Of a DNA stretch of 64,000 nt, positions 39,977-52,380 are shown piece by piece (positions within the stretch are counted from its first letter, which is position 1; each line of letters opens with the position of its first letter). The notes below the pieces were generated by a model. The model was not told the DNA's origin. It did not search any database and worked only from the letters and a program-made list of their open reading frames with translations. Location: positions 7,812,001 to 7,876,000 of the forward strand of contig JBHGNT010000010.1 of NCBI GenBank assembly GCA_043228905.1, given 5' to 3'. The position numbers were made by a program, and so were the translations under genes. Source of the stretch: Azolla caroliniana (lineage: Eukaryota > Plantae > Polypodiophyta).

Positions 39977-41236
39977 ACTACAAAACCATATTCTTAGCTG
40001 AACGGGGAAATGGTACATGTCAATATATGTTAGAGCCCATACTGTTGTCTACCATTTGAACAGTTTCTTCCACACAACTTTCTTCACATTCCCTTCAATG
40101 TGAGACAGGACGTTGGGGCATAGGTGGTGAGACTAGTTGATTATGCACATTTTGCTCTAAATAGGTTTGGGAGTCTAATTATGACACTTTGATACAATGT
40201 GCTACCGCTGATCGTGCTCACAAATTCAACCAAACCCAATCCTTGCACAAATTTCTTTCAGAATCACAATTTGCACTCTTAATTGTGACATTCATTAGTA
40301 AATTTCTTGAATATTGAGAGTCTACTCACTTTTGGTCTCACAGGTCATATTTGACATGTGAAGACAATAGTAAAATCTATCTCCCGTAATATTCTTACTC
40401 TAATGAGAATATATTAGGTTATCAACATAAGTTTTCGGTTCAAATCTTACTTTTTCACATCGTTGTTACAGCGTGCATCACTTCTTCTAAACTGCTTGCC
40501 ACATTGGTGTATTGAATTACAACATTACGAATGCGAAACAGTTGATACAGCCATCTCAAGTATGGCCTGATTGGCTCTCTCTCTCTCTCTCTGGCTGTTG
40601 GCTTGGTGGTTGACACTAAAGCATCAAAGCGATAAAATTGAGAGAACCTAAGTTCGATCCTGGCCATGGGTTAGGCCCCTTCTCATACATCACAATTGGT
40701 CTCCCGTGGACGTTAAAAAAGCTATCTATCTCTACAACAAAGCTCCACCTTCGATCACATTTGTGCTTTCTTTTTCCCTCATTGTTAGTGCAGACCTATC
40801 CCTACACACATTTCTATTGGGGCCACAAAAGTTTGTTCACTAATCTCTTGTTTGTCCCATTGATCACATTTGACCTCTGAGGATGAGTAAAATCTATCTT
40901 TATCAATATCAATTAGGTAACATACTAAGTATATGCAAATAATTTATTTTATTATTCTCATAGAATGGACAATATTTTGAGCTGTAATATATTGTCGAGT
41001 TTCATTGGTCATTGCAGCCTTTTAGAGTTAATTTTTCTTGATTATTTTCATCAAGGCAACTGTGGAAGAGTGAGATTGTCTTTGATAACATTGCGCCATT
41101 ATACATGTTTTGCATACTTTTTACACTTATTATTATTTTCCTTTGATTTCAGGTAAACTATTGCGAGATTCTGAGGCAGTTTGAGAGTGATCATGGCAAG
41201 AGGGGGTTTCAATTGAGTTTCACATCACCTCGTTAA
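33604..41236 (+). CDS. SAM50: SAM50/TOB55-like Omp85-family outer-membrane beta-barrel assembly protein, 4 exons, ~588 aa
   Basis: Phase-0 GT-AG exons 33604-34293, 34641-35126, 39422-39928, 41153-41236. POTRA VHDVKIQGNVRTKDSVIE; VRRQLGHGLLSSLKYTF; DRFF...GF..RGVGP; GAGIVIPTKLFRLEVNYC...GFQLSF beta-signal. Confidence 0.95.
36505..37050. mobile_element. hAT-type MITE (AAACC-rich) with 8-bp TSD in SAM50 intron 2
   Basis: TSD GCTATAAC at 36497-36504 and 37051-37058. Imperfect TIR GAGCGATGGGC vs TAGCTCTGGGC (reverse complement of the right end). Internal AAACC arrays. Confidence 0.8.
37747..37907 (+). repeat. ~70-bp direct duplication (period 90) in intron
   Basis: AAGCTGTAACTCTAGAATATCCTGTACTTGTAATG...CTATGGGACAAC at 37747 and 37837. 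Confidence 0.9.
38380..39070 (+). mobile_element. Ancient copia RT/RNaseH remnant in SAM50 intron 2
   Basis: Decayed LGSGSI..SSK..PTV..SSAESEY and LAWNPLF..HT motifs. Confidence 0.6.
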
Positions 41237-41335
41237 CACCTACATATGAACTGCTGTCTTTGTGCAAGCATACTCAGCTTTTTGTAATAACATCACAGGG
41301 AATTGTTTTGGAGGATATTACGAGCATTTTTGTGA

Positions 41336-41629
41336 AATCTTATCATTATTGGAATAGAACTTTATATTGAAGATTCAGCAATTCTATTAATTCAAGTTAA
41401 TAGTTCCAATTACTGAACTGAATAACAGATCAATTGGCATTATGAACTCCTTATATTGTTCTTAGCATCTCTGTTCAAATGGAATCTTATCATTATTGGA
41501 ATAGAACTTTATATTGAAGATTCAGCAATTCTATTAATTCAAGTTAATAGTTCCAATTACGGAACTGAATAATAGATCAATTGGCATTATGAACTCCTTA
41601 TATTTTTCTTAGCATCTCTGTTCCAATGG
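41336..41629 (+). repeat. 147-bp tandem duplication just 3' of the SAM50 stop
   Basis: AATCTTATCATTATTGGAATAGAAC... starts at 41336 and again at 41483 with few mismatches. Confidence 0.92.
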
Positions 41630-41940
41630 GAACCTAATAAGTTAAAGTCAATTGTATATGTAACGTGGGGTTATATACCCTGGCAATGAACCTGCTCATG
41701 AGTTTTTCAACTCATAGTTTGTCATCATGGTCACATTGTAGATGACACCTTTTGTGGTCACATGCTATTTCTATTGCTTGAGAAAGAAAGATATAATAAT
41801 GTCTTCTAAAGCCAAATTTGGCCCATGAGACAATTGGTTTACAACAAAATAGTGTGTTTACCCAATCCCTCAAAATAAAAAAAAATAAAAATAGAACTTA
41901 CAGCTAAAAGAGTTCTAGTATTGTACAAAATGAGCTATGG

Positions 41941-44410
41941 TGTAACATATTCTATAAAGGAAATGACTTTGTACTAGGCCAAAGTCTCTCGAAAAGAAGT
42001 GGGAGGTCAAAGGGTTTCGATGTGGGTGTGACTCGTGGTCTTGAAGTAGAAGGTACCATAACCATGGCTTCTAGGCGGGGTCGCTAGTTTTTGCATGTTA
42101 TGAGAATGCATACTCAACAAAGAAAAGAGAATTGGATACAACAAATCGGAATGGATTAATTGGTAGAGAAATACAATTGGACACAGTCGGCGACTAAGCT
42201 TCAAGCTCTCCACGCATACACGCACACATACCCTAGCGAGCCTCTGGTCGGGAGCTCACTGGCTTCCAACGCGAACAAAGGCCTCACTGGACAACAATTG
42301 AGAGAAATAAGAAAATAGGAAAACGAACAACCGACTCCGCAATCCGATAAACCTCCCTTTTTATAACACAAGGGGAGGTCGTTACATCACGCTTAAAGAC
42401 ACATGTTTTTTGTCATCGATTCCCCTTGATTCTCTCACATCATATCCTCTTATTCTTCTCTTTCTGTGGGACATTAAAGTACCCATTAACTACTCTGCCT
42501 AGTACAATTTATATTTCTTTGTACATTAGTCATTGTTCATGTGCATACTTGCACATCCTCATTCACGTGCATCCGACGAAGTTTCTCCCCATGGCCGGAA
42601 TTCCCCACGACATCCACCCCTACCAAATCGCACATCCTTCGGTATGTGTTGAGTAGTGAAGCTGAGGGGATTCCGGTCCACTTTTCACTCGTCCTCTCTC
42701 GCTCCATCATCGACAGGGTCCTCGTCTGGTTCTTTGTTCCCGTTGGTACCGTCTTCCTCCACGTCTAGATCCGGTGTTGGCTCATGCCGCTTCTTAAAGG
42801 CTTTGATTTGCTTTCCTGCAATTGGCACTGCAATTCTCTTCCCATTGAGTTTGGCCAGGTGGTATGTTGCGTTGTTGTTGGCGCTCGTTACCACATATGG
42901 CCTGAATCACTGCTTTATGAACTTCCTGGTCAACCAGTGCTGGTTGTCGAGGTTGTTGTCGTAGACCCGCACCCAGTTGCCTTCCTTGACCTTCCTTGGC
43001 CGGAGTCGGTGCGTCCGGTCGAGTCATCCTTTGTTCTTCCTCCTTGCCTCATCCACCCTCTCCGTCACTCACTCCACGTCCTCCGGTTTTTGCTCGAGCT
43101 GTTGGATCTACGCCGCCAACAACTCCTCCTGACTCATTTTGTCTGACCAGTTGATCGACATTCATGATGTTATCATCCGCTCTACCGGCATGATCGGCTT
43201 CTGTCCGAACATGAGTTTGACTAGCATGTATCCGGTTACCGAACTGTGTGTAGTTTGGTCAGCCCATAATGCATAAGTTAGAAGTCTCGGCCAATTCCTG
43301 ACTCGTCCGTCGCATGCCTGTACTATCGCCTTGACAATCGGCCTGTTCCCTTGTTCGCTTCCGGATTGTATGTTGTCGTAAGGGAGAGCTTGAACCCTAG
43401 TTGGTCAAATAGGTCCTCGACTTCTCGTGCGTCCAACTCCCTAGTCGGTTGAATAGGTCCTCGGCTTCTCGTGCGTCCAACTCCCATCAGTCAGCTACTA
43501 TCTTCCCGATGCATCCGTACCGGCAGACTACGTCTTCAATCAGGAACCAGCATACTGTTGCGGTTGTCTTGTTCGTTAAGGTTCGACCCTCTACCGGGTT
43601 CGTCAGGTCCTCTCTCGCGAGCACCAAGTACCTCATCTACCCTACCCCCATCGGCATCGTCACTATGTCTACCATCCACTTGAAGTGAATGGCTGGCGAG
43701 TAGGTCGGGTGTAGCTCGTCTCGGTGTTGGATTCCGAAATGCACTTGGCAACTCTCGCACGTCGTCACGAACTGGTGCATATCCCTGTACATCTCTGGCC
43801 ACCAGTACCTTTCCTTTAGCTTCACAAATGTGGCCCAGGTCCCTCGATGTCCGGACCAAGGGCTCTCGTAGAACTCCGATAGTAGCATTAACTGGTCTTC
43901 TCTCTTCGTTACCACCCGGAGTGGTGTGCCTTTTTGCTTCCTCGGGTGTTGCTAGATCACCCTATCTCGTAAGAAGAACTTGTAAGTCTTCCTCTAGATC
44001 CGACCGGTCTCTTCCTTTGTCCACACTGCATCCGCCATCATCGTGCTAAAAAATCTCCCGATTTGAAGCCACTCCCCATCGTAGTCATCCTCGTTGAACC
44101 TGTGCAAGGCTGGAGTGCGTCGCTTGTTCACCGATAGTTGAGCTGACTTGAAGAAGTCCACGCCGACTTCTTCATCTTTCGACATCGTGTCGTCTTCGTT
44201 GTTGTACCGTGCTCTCGATAGCATGTCGGCCATGGCTAGAGATGTGCCTATATCCGGATTGAGGGACTTAATGTACGCGATCCACCCGAGCAACGCTAGG
44301 TCCAGAGTCGTGCATCCAGAAACCATACCGAGAATTGGTAGGCAGTCCGTCTCGATTATTACTTCTGCCCTGATTAAGTAGTCTTTGTCGGCCTTTACCG
44401 CTGAAACGAT
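41941..44410 (-). mobile_element. Ty3/gypsy 3' half (RNaseH-integrase-PPT-LTR), decayed
   Basis: Integrase zinc finger (GHRG..AT..KLKERYWW...CESCQ, 43637-43915) and FKWMVDIV core. Minus-strand PPT GGGGTGGA followed by LTR start TGTCGTG at 42612. Outer LTR edge uncertain. Confidence 0.8.
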
Positions 44411-46264
44411 ACCCCACATTTTGCGCGGCGTACCGGTTCTTCCTACGGGACAGGAGCTTATGGAGGCTTCCAAAGAAGCGAAACGGTGTCCCAGTATGTG
44501 TAGCAGCAAGAGTAGAGGAACAGAAGGCATTGCTATCGGCGTATCACGAGAACCCTTAGGCCGGACACCGCGGAACGTGGGCCACATTCGAGAAGCTGAA
44601 GGAGAAGTATTGGTGGCCAGGAATGTAGTGGGACGTTCACCAATTCATGACGACCTATGAAAGCTGCCAAATGCATTCCGCTATCCGACACCGAGATGAG
44701 CTGCACCCGACCTACCCGCCGACTGTCCATTTCAAGTGGATGGTGGACTTGGTGACGATGCCGATGAGGGTAGGGCAGATGCAGTACCTGGCGCTTGCAC
44801 AAGAGGACCTGACGAATCAAGTGGAGGGCCATGCGCTACAGAACAAGACGATTGCAGCCATGTGCCAGTTCCTGATCGAGGAGGTGATATGCCGGTACGG
44901 GTGCGTAGGAAAGATCGTGGCTGACCGGGGAGAGTTGGACATGCAGGAAGCCGAGGAGCTATTCGGCTGGTTAGGGGTTAAGCTCTCTCTCACTACAATG
45001 TACAATTCGGAGGCGAATGGGAAGGTGTAGAGCGGACACGGGCCAATCGTGAGGGCGTTAGTACGAGCGTGCGAATGACAAGTCGGTAACTAGCCTCAAC
45101 TCCTACCTTACGCATTATGGGCAGGGCAGACTGAACTACGCACAGTTCGGTAACCGAGTTCATGTGGGCAGAGCTGATGTACGAGCAAAAGCCGATCATG
45201 CCTATGGAGCGGACGATTTCCTCATGGGCAGCAGTGGACTGGAGTGACGAGATGAGCTGATAAGAGCTACTGGCGGCCGGATTCACCAGCTTGAGTGAAG
45301 ACCGGAGGATGTGGACTGGGCGAAGGTGAAGCTACATGCAGCGAGGGTAAAGAATAAAGGCCAGTTCGACCGGACGCACTAGCTACGACCGAAGAAGATC
45401 GAGGAAGGCGACTGGGTGCTGGTTTACGACAACAGCCTTGACAATCAGCACAAGGCAACGCGTAAGTTTGCGAGGAGGTGGTTCCGTCCCTATGGTGTAA
45501 TGGGCGCAAACAACAATGGCACCTACCATCTCATGGAGCTCGACGGAGCGCGGATAGTGGTACCGGTGATGGGGAAGAAAATCAAGGCGTTCAAGAAGCG
45601 GCACGAAGACGAGCCGGTCTCGGAGAGAATGGACGATGATTCGGAAAGTGACGGTTGTCCACGGGTTGGTTTTATTCCGGTATTTGTCTCTTTTCGGTGC
45701 ATGCCGGTGGATGTGTGGTTTGGTGGGGGTGGATGTCGTGGAGAAAACCGACCATAGGAGGAATTGGGAGTCCTAGCGCGTGAACGAGTTTTACACAGAT
45801 ACACACCAATTTAAGTTAATGCACCTTATTTAAGAATAGGCCGACGTGATGTAAATATAAACATATTAATAGGTTAGAGGGACAGAGAATAAAGGTGAGG
45901 TAACTAGGACCTACCCTCAGTGGCCTATAAAAAAGAGGGAAGAAAGACTGAGAGGGGTGTCACGTTTTTGGAGGAGGAAGTGTTGTTGGACTGGGAACTG
46001 AGCACCGATCTCTGCTTTTCTTGTGTCAATCCATGTTGTAGTCTTTATTTGGTTGTAATTGATTATTCCTAAGTGTAATATCTATCTATCTTGGTGTGTT
46101 GCCGAGTCCCTGTCTGAACCGGCAAGTGTTGTGCTTGCCAGTACCCGATGTCCGCCGTTCTTTCTCTTTGCTTTCTCTTTTCCTTCTATCTTCGCACACT
46201 CCTTGGTCCAGGGCCCCCCTCGGTCCCGCCTTAGTTTCCTACGTGCACGCGCGACAACACGACA
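44411..46264 (+). mobile_element. Second Ty3/gypsy 3' half (integrase-PPT-LTR), opposite orientation
   Basis: Integrase 44647-45030 (FKWMVDLV, KIVADRGE). PPT GGGGGTGGA. LTR 45734-46264 with termini TGTCGTG...CACGACA. Confidence 0.85.
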
Positions 46265-46345
46265 CCGTGTCAAAGGCTTTTCGGAAGTCCACAAAACAAC
46301 AATATAACTTCTTCTTGTGAGCCTTTGTCTGGTCAATTAAGCATC
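46265..46345 (-). mobile_element. RTE/RTEX RT sliver between the gypsy LTR and the Copia-3 LTR
   Basis: Translates CLIDQTKAHKKKLYCCFVDFRKAFDTV (RT domain motif). Confidence 0.8.
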
Positions 46346-46418
46346 TGTAAAGAAAATGGAGCAAGTGGTGTAATGCAGCGGAAGATAATTGAGTGTGTGT
46401 GTGTGTACGTAAGGCAAA

Positions 46419-46460
<42 letters not shown>

Positions 46461-49400
46461 AGAAAGAGCTTGAGACAAAGATAACTATGTATTACATCCA
46501 ATAGTAACAAAGTTACAAAGGGTTGGTTTAAATACCAACTAAACTAGGGCAAGGGCCCTTTCTACTATTTACAAAACTAGCATGGTATGCCCATGAGCTA
46601 GTGTGAAACCTATTTCTATGGGAAGTTGAGTTCGACTCTCAACACACCCCTTCGAACACAACTTCTATCTATCGAAAGGTTGTTTGATTCGTACTTCAAC
46701 TCGTCTGGTCAACTTCGATCAACTGTGTATTACGTACTTGCATATCGTGCGTACGTATCATTGCGTACTCAGATGTGTACTCCCCTTCAAGCTCAGCAAT
46801 GGAGATGTCATGAGACCAAGGTTCGATGCGAATTGTCCGAGCTTGTCGACTCCTAGGGCCTTCGTAAAAAATATTAGCAACTTGGAGGTGTGTACTAATA
46901 TGTTGTAAATTGATATCCCCGGCCTATACGCGTTCGCGGATGAAATGATAGTGCACTTCGATGTGTGTAGTCCGCGCATGGAATACGGGGTTCCATGCCA
47001 GGTAGATACTGCTCATGTTGTCGTAGTATAGACGAATCAGATCCTTGATGGGTACGCCCAAATCCTTCAGTATACGCTTGAGCCATACAGCTTCGCACGC
47101 AACGACTGCCGCGCCCCTGTATTCAGCTTCCGTGCTCAACATTGCGACTGTCGGTTGCTTCTTACTGCTCCAGGAGATCGCTCCGCTACTAAGAGAGAAG
47201 GTGAATCCAGATGTGGATCGTCTATCTGCTTTGTATCCTGTCTAGTCTGCATCTGTGTACCCTTCGAGTCGAATGATCATATTTGACTTATACATGATGT
47301 CATAATCCATCGTCGTGCGGACATACCGAAGTATCCGCTTAGCGCAATCATGATGAAGATTTCGCAAATTTTGCATAAATTGACTAAGCAGGCCGACCGA
47401 ATAGTTGAGGTCGGGCCGCGTGATGGTTAGATAAATTAAGCTACCAATCAGTTGACGATACTGAATCGGCTCGCTCTCGGTCATGCTGAAGTTAGCAATG
47501 ATCTTGAAATTACGATCGAGAGGGGTAGACACAGGTTTGCACTCCGTCATTCCGAACTTGTAGAGTAAGTTGAGAACGTAGTGCCATTGTGATATCATTA
47601 TTCCGACTGGTGTTCGAATTACTTCAATGCCTAGGAAGTAATGGAGCTCGTGTAGGTCTTTCATTTCGAATCTGCTGGAAAGAAGTGATTTGACTTTGTT
47701 AATCTTGGCTAGATCTTTTTCGACTCATTTCGGATGTACAGAGAAGTATCGGATTTTGACATTCGAAATCCGATCTGATGAAGATACTGCATAATCTTCG
47801 AGTGCCACGCACGCGGTGCTTGTTTGAGGCCGTATAGTGGCTTCTTGAGTCGACATACGACGTGCGGATAGTTACGTGATTCAAATCCGGGTGGTTGAAT
47901 CATATACACTTCCTCTTCTAATTCTCCTTGGAGGAAGGCGTTTTTCATGTCCATCTGGTGGAGGTGCCACCCTTTTGCCGCTGCCAGGGCAATTGCGGTC
48001 CGTACAGTGGTCATCTTTTCCACCGGGGCAAAGGTCTCTTCGTAGTCTACGCCGTGGGTTTGTGCTATCCTTTTGCAACAAGACGTGCTTTGAAGCGATT
48101 TACAGAGCCGTCAGCATTGTGCTTCACCTTGTAAATCCATCTGCAACCAATTGCTTTCTTGTTCAGCGGGTGAGGAACGAGATCCCATGTCTCGTTTTTG
48201 AATAACACTTCCATTTCCTCATGCATCGTGTTGACCCATCGCGGATCCTTTAAGGCTTCAGAAAGCGTTTCCGGCTCTCGTACTGACGCTACCTTCATCA
48301 TGAAGGCGTAATGGTACGCCATATAATCGTTGTAGCCGAAATGGCTTACATGGTTCTTTTCACGGGTGGAATGGCATAGTTTTTCTCTTGCAGATTCTAA
48401 AGCTTTCTTCACGCCGTCTGTCTGGATGTCAAGGCCTTCGAACTCACTATCAAGGGAGTTAGTCGATTTGAATTCGAATTGATCTTCATATTCCCGCATT
48501 TTCGCCTTCCCTTTGTCTAGCTTTGGACTCGACCGAGATGTGCTTTGATCACTCTGGGCTCCCATGGTCCACTAAGCCGTGTCGAAATTGGGTTGTCTCT
48601 GAACATCTGCGTGAGCCGATCCTCATCTTCTATTTCTATTTCGGCATCATCCGCTTCGAGCTGAGTTGGAGTCGAAGTATTCTCTAGTGCATACTAGGAT
48701 GTGTATTCGTTGAAGACTATGTCTCGGCTTGTTCGAACTTTGCGGGTAGATGGGTTGTAGCATTTTTACCCCTTCTGTTTGAGTGAGTATCCTACGAGGA
48801 TACCTTTTTCCGACTTTGGGTCGAGCTTTTGTCGCGTATCGTCGGGAAGATGCACGTAAGCGATTGCGCCGAAAATGCGGACATGTGATAAGTTAGGCTT
48901 CTTTCCAAAGAACTTCTCATGCGGGGTTATGTCGTGTACTCCCGAGGTTGTGCCCCTATTCATGAGGTATACAGCCGTGTTCGCCGCTTCTGCCCAGTAC
49001 GATTTCAGCAGGTTCTTCTCATTCATCATAGTCCGTGCGACTTCTACTATTTGTTGGTTTTTACACTCAGCTACGTCTTTCTACTGAGGTGTGTGTCGGC
49101 ATGAGAATTCTCGTCGGATTCCTTCCTTTCGGAGATACGCCATAAACTCATCCAAAAAGTATTCTTTACCTCCATTCGATCGAAGGCAACATAAATGCCG
49201 ATCCGTAGCTTCTTCGACTTCGGTTTTGAATCTCTTTTGTTTCATCGGGTAGATCCAGGTGTTCCTGGAGAAGTCATCGATGAACATAATGTAATATCAG
49301 CATCCACCGAGTGTGCTTGTCTGGGCTGGTCCCCATACATCTGAATGTACGACATCCAGGATCCCTTTGCTCACATTCCACTCTTTCGGGAATGGATGTC

Positions 49401-50305
49401 GGTGTTGCTTTCCGAACTGGCACGCTTCACATACGCCCGTAATCTCCTTCGTGGTAAAGTTCGGGAGTTCGATTACCACTCCTTTTGATTGCATGTTCTG
49501 AAGTTTTTGGAGATTGATGTGGCCGATTATTTTGTGCCACAAATTTAAGTCTGTTTCGACTTTGTTTGCGAACAACGCTGACTTTACCTCGTTTGATTCA
49601 AGGATAAACATACAGCCTTCTCGTCGACCGTGAGCTACGACTTGACCGCCCATTTCGATGAAGCACCCATTGTTGTTGAATCGTACTTGCATTCCTTGTT
49701 CAACAATCTGGACGATTGAGACCAGGTTTTTCGTGATGGTGGGGACATGCAGTACATTCTTGATGTAGGTTTGTTTTCCTTCGTTTCCGAATGGGATGTT
49801 CTCCATATGGTGTATTGGATGAGTCATGTCATCTCCTGTTTTGACATATCGGGGAAGTTCGGGCTTCCGTAGTTCCCAAATCCAATCTTCAGGAGACGTC
49901 ATGTGATTGAATGCTCCTGAGTCAACAAACGATACGTTCTTTGAGGCGGAGGCGCTAGTTGAAGCTTGTGCAGACATCGAGTGCACTTCATGTTTCATTA
50001 TGAACATTCCACCCCGGTCGCCGTAGTCGGAATTCGAAGCGTAATTAGTAAGCTGTCGGCTTGCCTCGTGTTTCTTCTTTCGGCACTCCTCTTCGTAATG
50101 GCCGAGTTTTCCGCAGTACCCGCATTTGATTGGGTTATTGCGGTTGCTTGGTCCGGCGTTATGACTCCCCCTTTTTCCGAACTCTCTTGGATTGTTCCTG
50201 TCCGCTTGCCATTGGTGAGAGTTACGCTCTTGGGTCTGTTGACCATGACGGCCTTGTCCGAGCCGACCTCTATTTCCACGGCCGAAATTTCTTCTGTCAT
50301 CTGAT
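46346..50305 (-). mobile_element. Ty1/copia (Copia-3), same family as Copia-2, 5'-truncated in gag
   Basis: 3' LTR 46346-46644, whose U3 closely matches 31488-31640. RNaseH, RT, integrase, protease and CGYCGKLGHYEEEC knuckle. Homology stops at ~50305. Confidence 0.9.
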
Positions 50306-51720
50306 CTATTTTGTCGCATAAACCCTATTCTTCCCTGATTTGAGTGTTTCGTATATGAGAAACTGCTAATTGTTGCAAAGTGAAGGATGTGTGTGAGTTC
50401 CGTAGTAAGGTTTTCTAAAGTCAAGGAGGAATCAAGAGAGGAGAGATGAGCCTGAACATGTCGGAAGTAGATGTCAGAGAGCTCATGTGTGAAATGTATT
50501 GTGGTGTGATGGCTTGGTTGACTAGAGTTGGTAGCGTTGGAGATATCGCATTTTAGCTAAAAGTATAAGAAGTTATGGTCTGTGGCGATAGGACATGGAG
50601 CTACCCGAAAGGAGTTAATCATGTGGATAGCTTCAGGGCATCCTATTAGATAATCAATTGTGTTTTCCCCTCCACGTGGGAAACATGTGAGCTCTTTTGA
50701 GGTCAGCCACTTGGCTAAACCATTATATATGATCATCTGGTGCCGACTGTCAAGTTTGAGCAGATGATGGCCAAAGCTCATGGCATCCGCACCTTGATCT
50801 TTTGATCTAAGTGTGATGCCTATGGCTAAAGGATCGACATTTACCATTTCTAGGTTTCTATCCATCTAAAATATTGTGCATTGTTGGGATTGGGTTCTCG
50901 CATTGAAATCTCCTACGAGGAAGACTTCTCCTTGAGAAAAATATCAGATTATGTCATCCGATAAAGGTTCGTATGGAGACGGCCCATGTGGCACTCCTTC
51001 ATCAACTAATCTCGCTTCTCCAACCATATTATAATGGGATCCTTTCGGGGGAAAGTAACAAATGGCGATAAATATTGCCTAGTCCTTGCTAGTGAAGACT
51101 TTCACCCACATTAAATGGGCTTCTAGGTCTGTCCTCAGTATTTCTATCATATTAAGTAGGTCTCTCTGAAACAATATTGCAACACCTCTAGATCCTCTTG
51201 TAGTGTGTCGACATGAGGTTTGCCTAAATACGGACTCCCAACGAAATTCTTCAATTCATGGGAGTCCTCTATTTGGGCTTTGGCGTCTTTCTACTAGAAA
51301 AGTATATCTGATACCTTTAAAATCTCCTCTAGGTGACCAGGGTGTGTCCAAAGTGCATCGTTACAATTCCATAAAGTCATCCTAATTTTATTTTCTATCA
51401 CATGGGCCACACGTCGTCAGTTGGTAGAGTGATCATTTATTATCACTTCTCCATCTCGGTAAAAGGCGTGATGCCCTTCTTTACGAGCTTGCATAATTCG
51501 TCGCATACAACTTTTGCAATGTTCAATTTGCATCTTAGTGAGGTCTTCAACTTGGTGAGAGAAAAGTTGATCGATAGGGTTCAACTTGGTCAAATAAATT
51601 CTTTTTTAAGACAATTTGCCTCAAGATGATTCAAATTAGACCTTCACTAAAAAATATAGTTGGAGTGTTGATGTTGAATTTGGGCTTGGCAATCAATCAA
51701 CTCAAGAATCTCAAATTCCT
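50306..51720 (-). mobile_element. RTEX-like LINE 5' part (ORF1 C-terminus plus APE endonuclease)
   Basis: Endonuclease GDFNART, TIDYLIG, TDHNFL (50557-50865). Upstream ORF1-like EDLTKMQIE...IMQARKEGHHAFYRDGEVIIN at ~51430-51555. Confidence 0.7.
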
Positions 51721-52380
51721 TCGATCGTGTGAGATTGAAGAAAGTAAAAATAGTGAAAAATGAGAGAAATAATAGAAAATGAAAATTTGATTAGCAAAAA
51801 AAACTTAAGAAAAGAATATCAACAAAAAAATAACAATAATTAATCACATCTAAGTAGTGGAAAAAATTCATATGCGAGACATGGGAATGGTTGGGGAGCA
51901 TAAACTTTTGGATTTGATGTTGTTGGCATGGTCTACTTTATCATTAACATTTTAATAATTACTGACACTTGTTTACCTTTGGGATCTTACAATTAGTCAA
52001 TAAAGTTCTCTCACATTAAGGTTGTGTTGGGGATTTGAGTTATATCTACCCTAAACACCGGGTCATTTGAAACAGGTAATATGTCGCATTATGAGAACAC
52101 TACATCCAAAAAGGGCACAAAAGCACGCAGTTTTCAAAAAGACACGACGCATGTGTAAAGCTTTTCAGAAAAGGTGGCAAAATATATTGAATTTCAACAT
52201 GACTACCACTTTGAGTCATAAGTAAAATGCCTCCAAAAATACATCACCAAAATTACAAAATAATGTACAACATGTCTACCAGTTACAATTATACATATTC
52301 GTGAGTTTACATCCAAAACAAATTTACAAAGTTTCCGATCATGTAGTAAAACAATCCCCAGCTTGAACCAAACCAATATA

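Noticed and set aside
43994-44660. Overlapping ORFs on both strands around 44410
   Set aside because: Artefacts of the inverted gypsy junction.
49297-50424. 375-aa ORF as a novel fusion protein
   Set aside because: It reads across the RTEX/Copia-3 deletion junction at ~50305, has no proper start and ends in decayed pol. A chance read-through.
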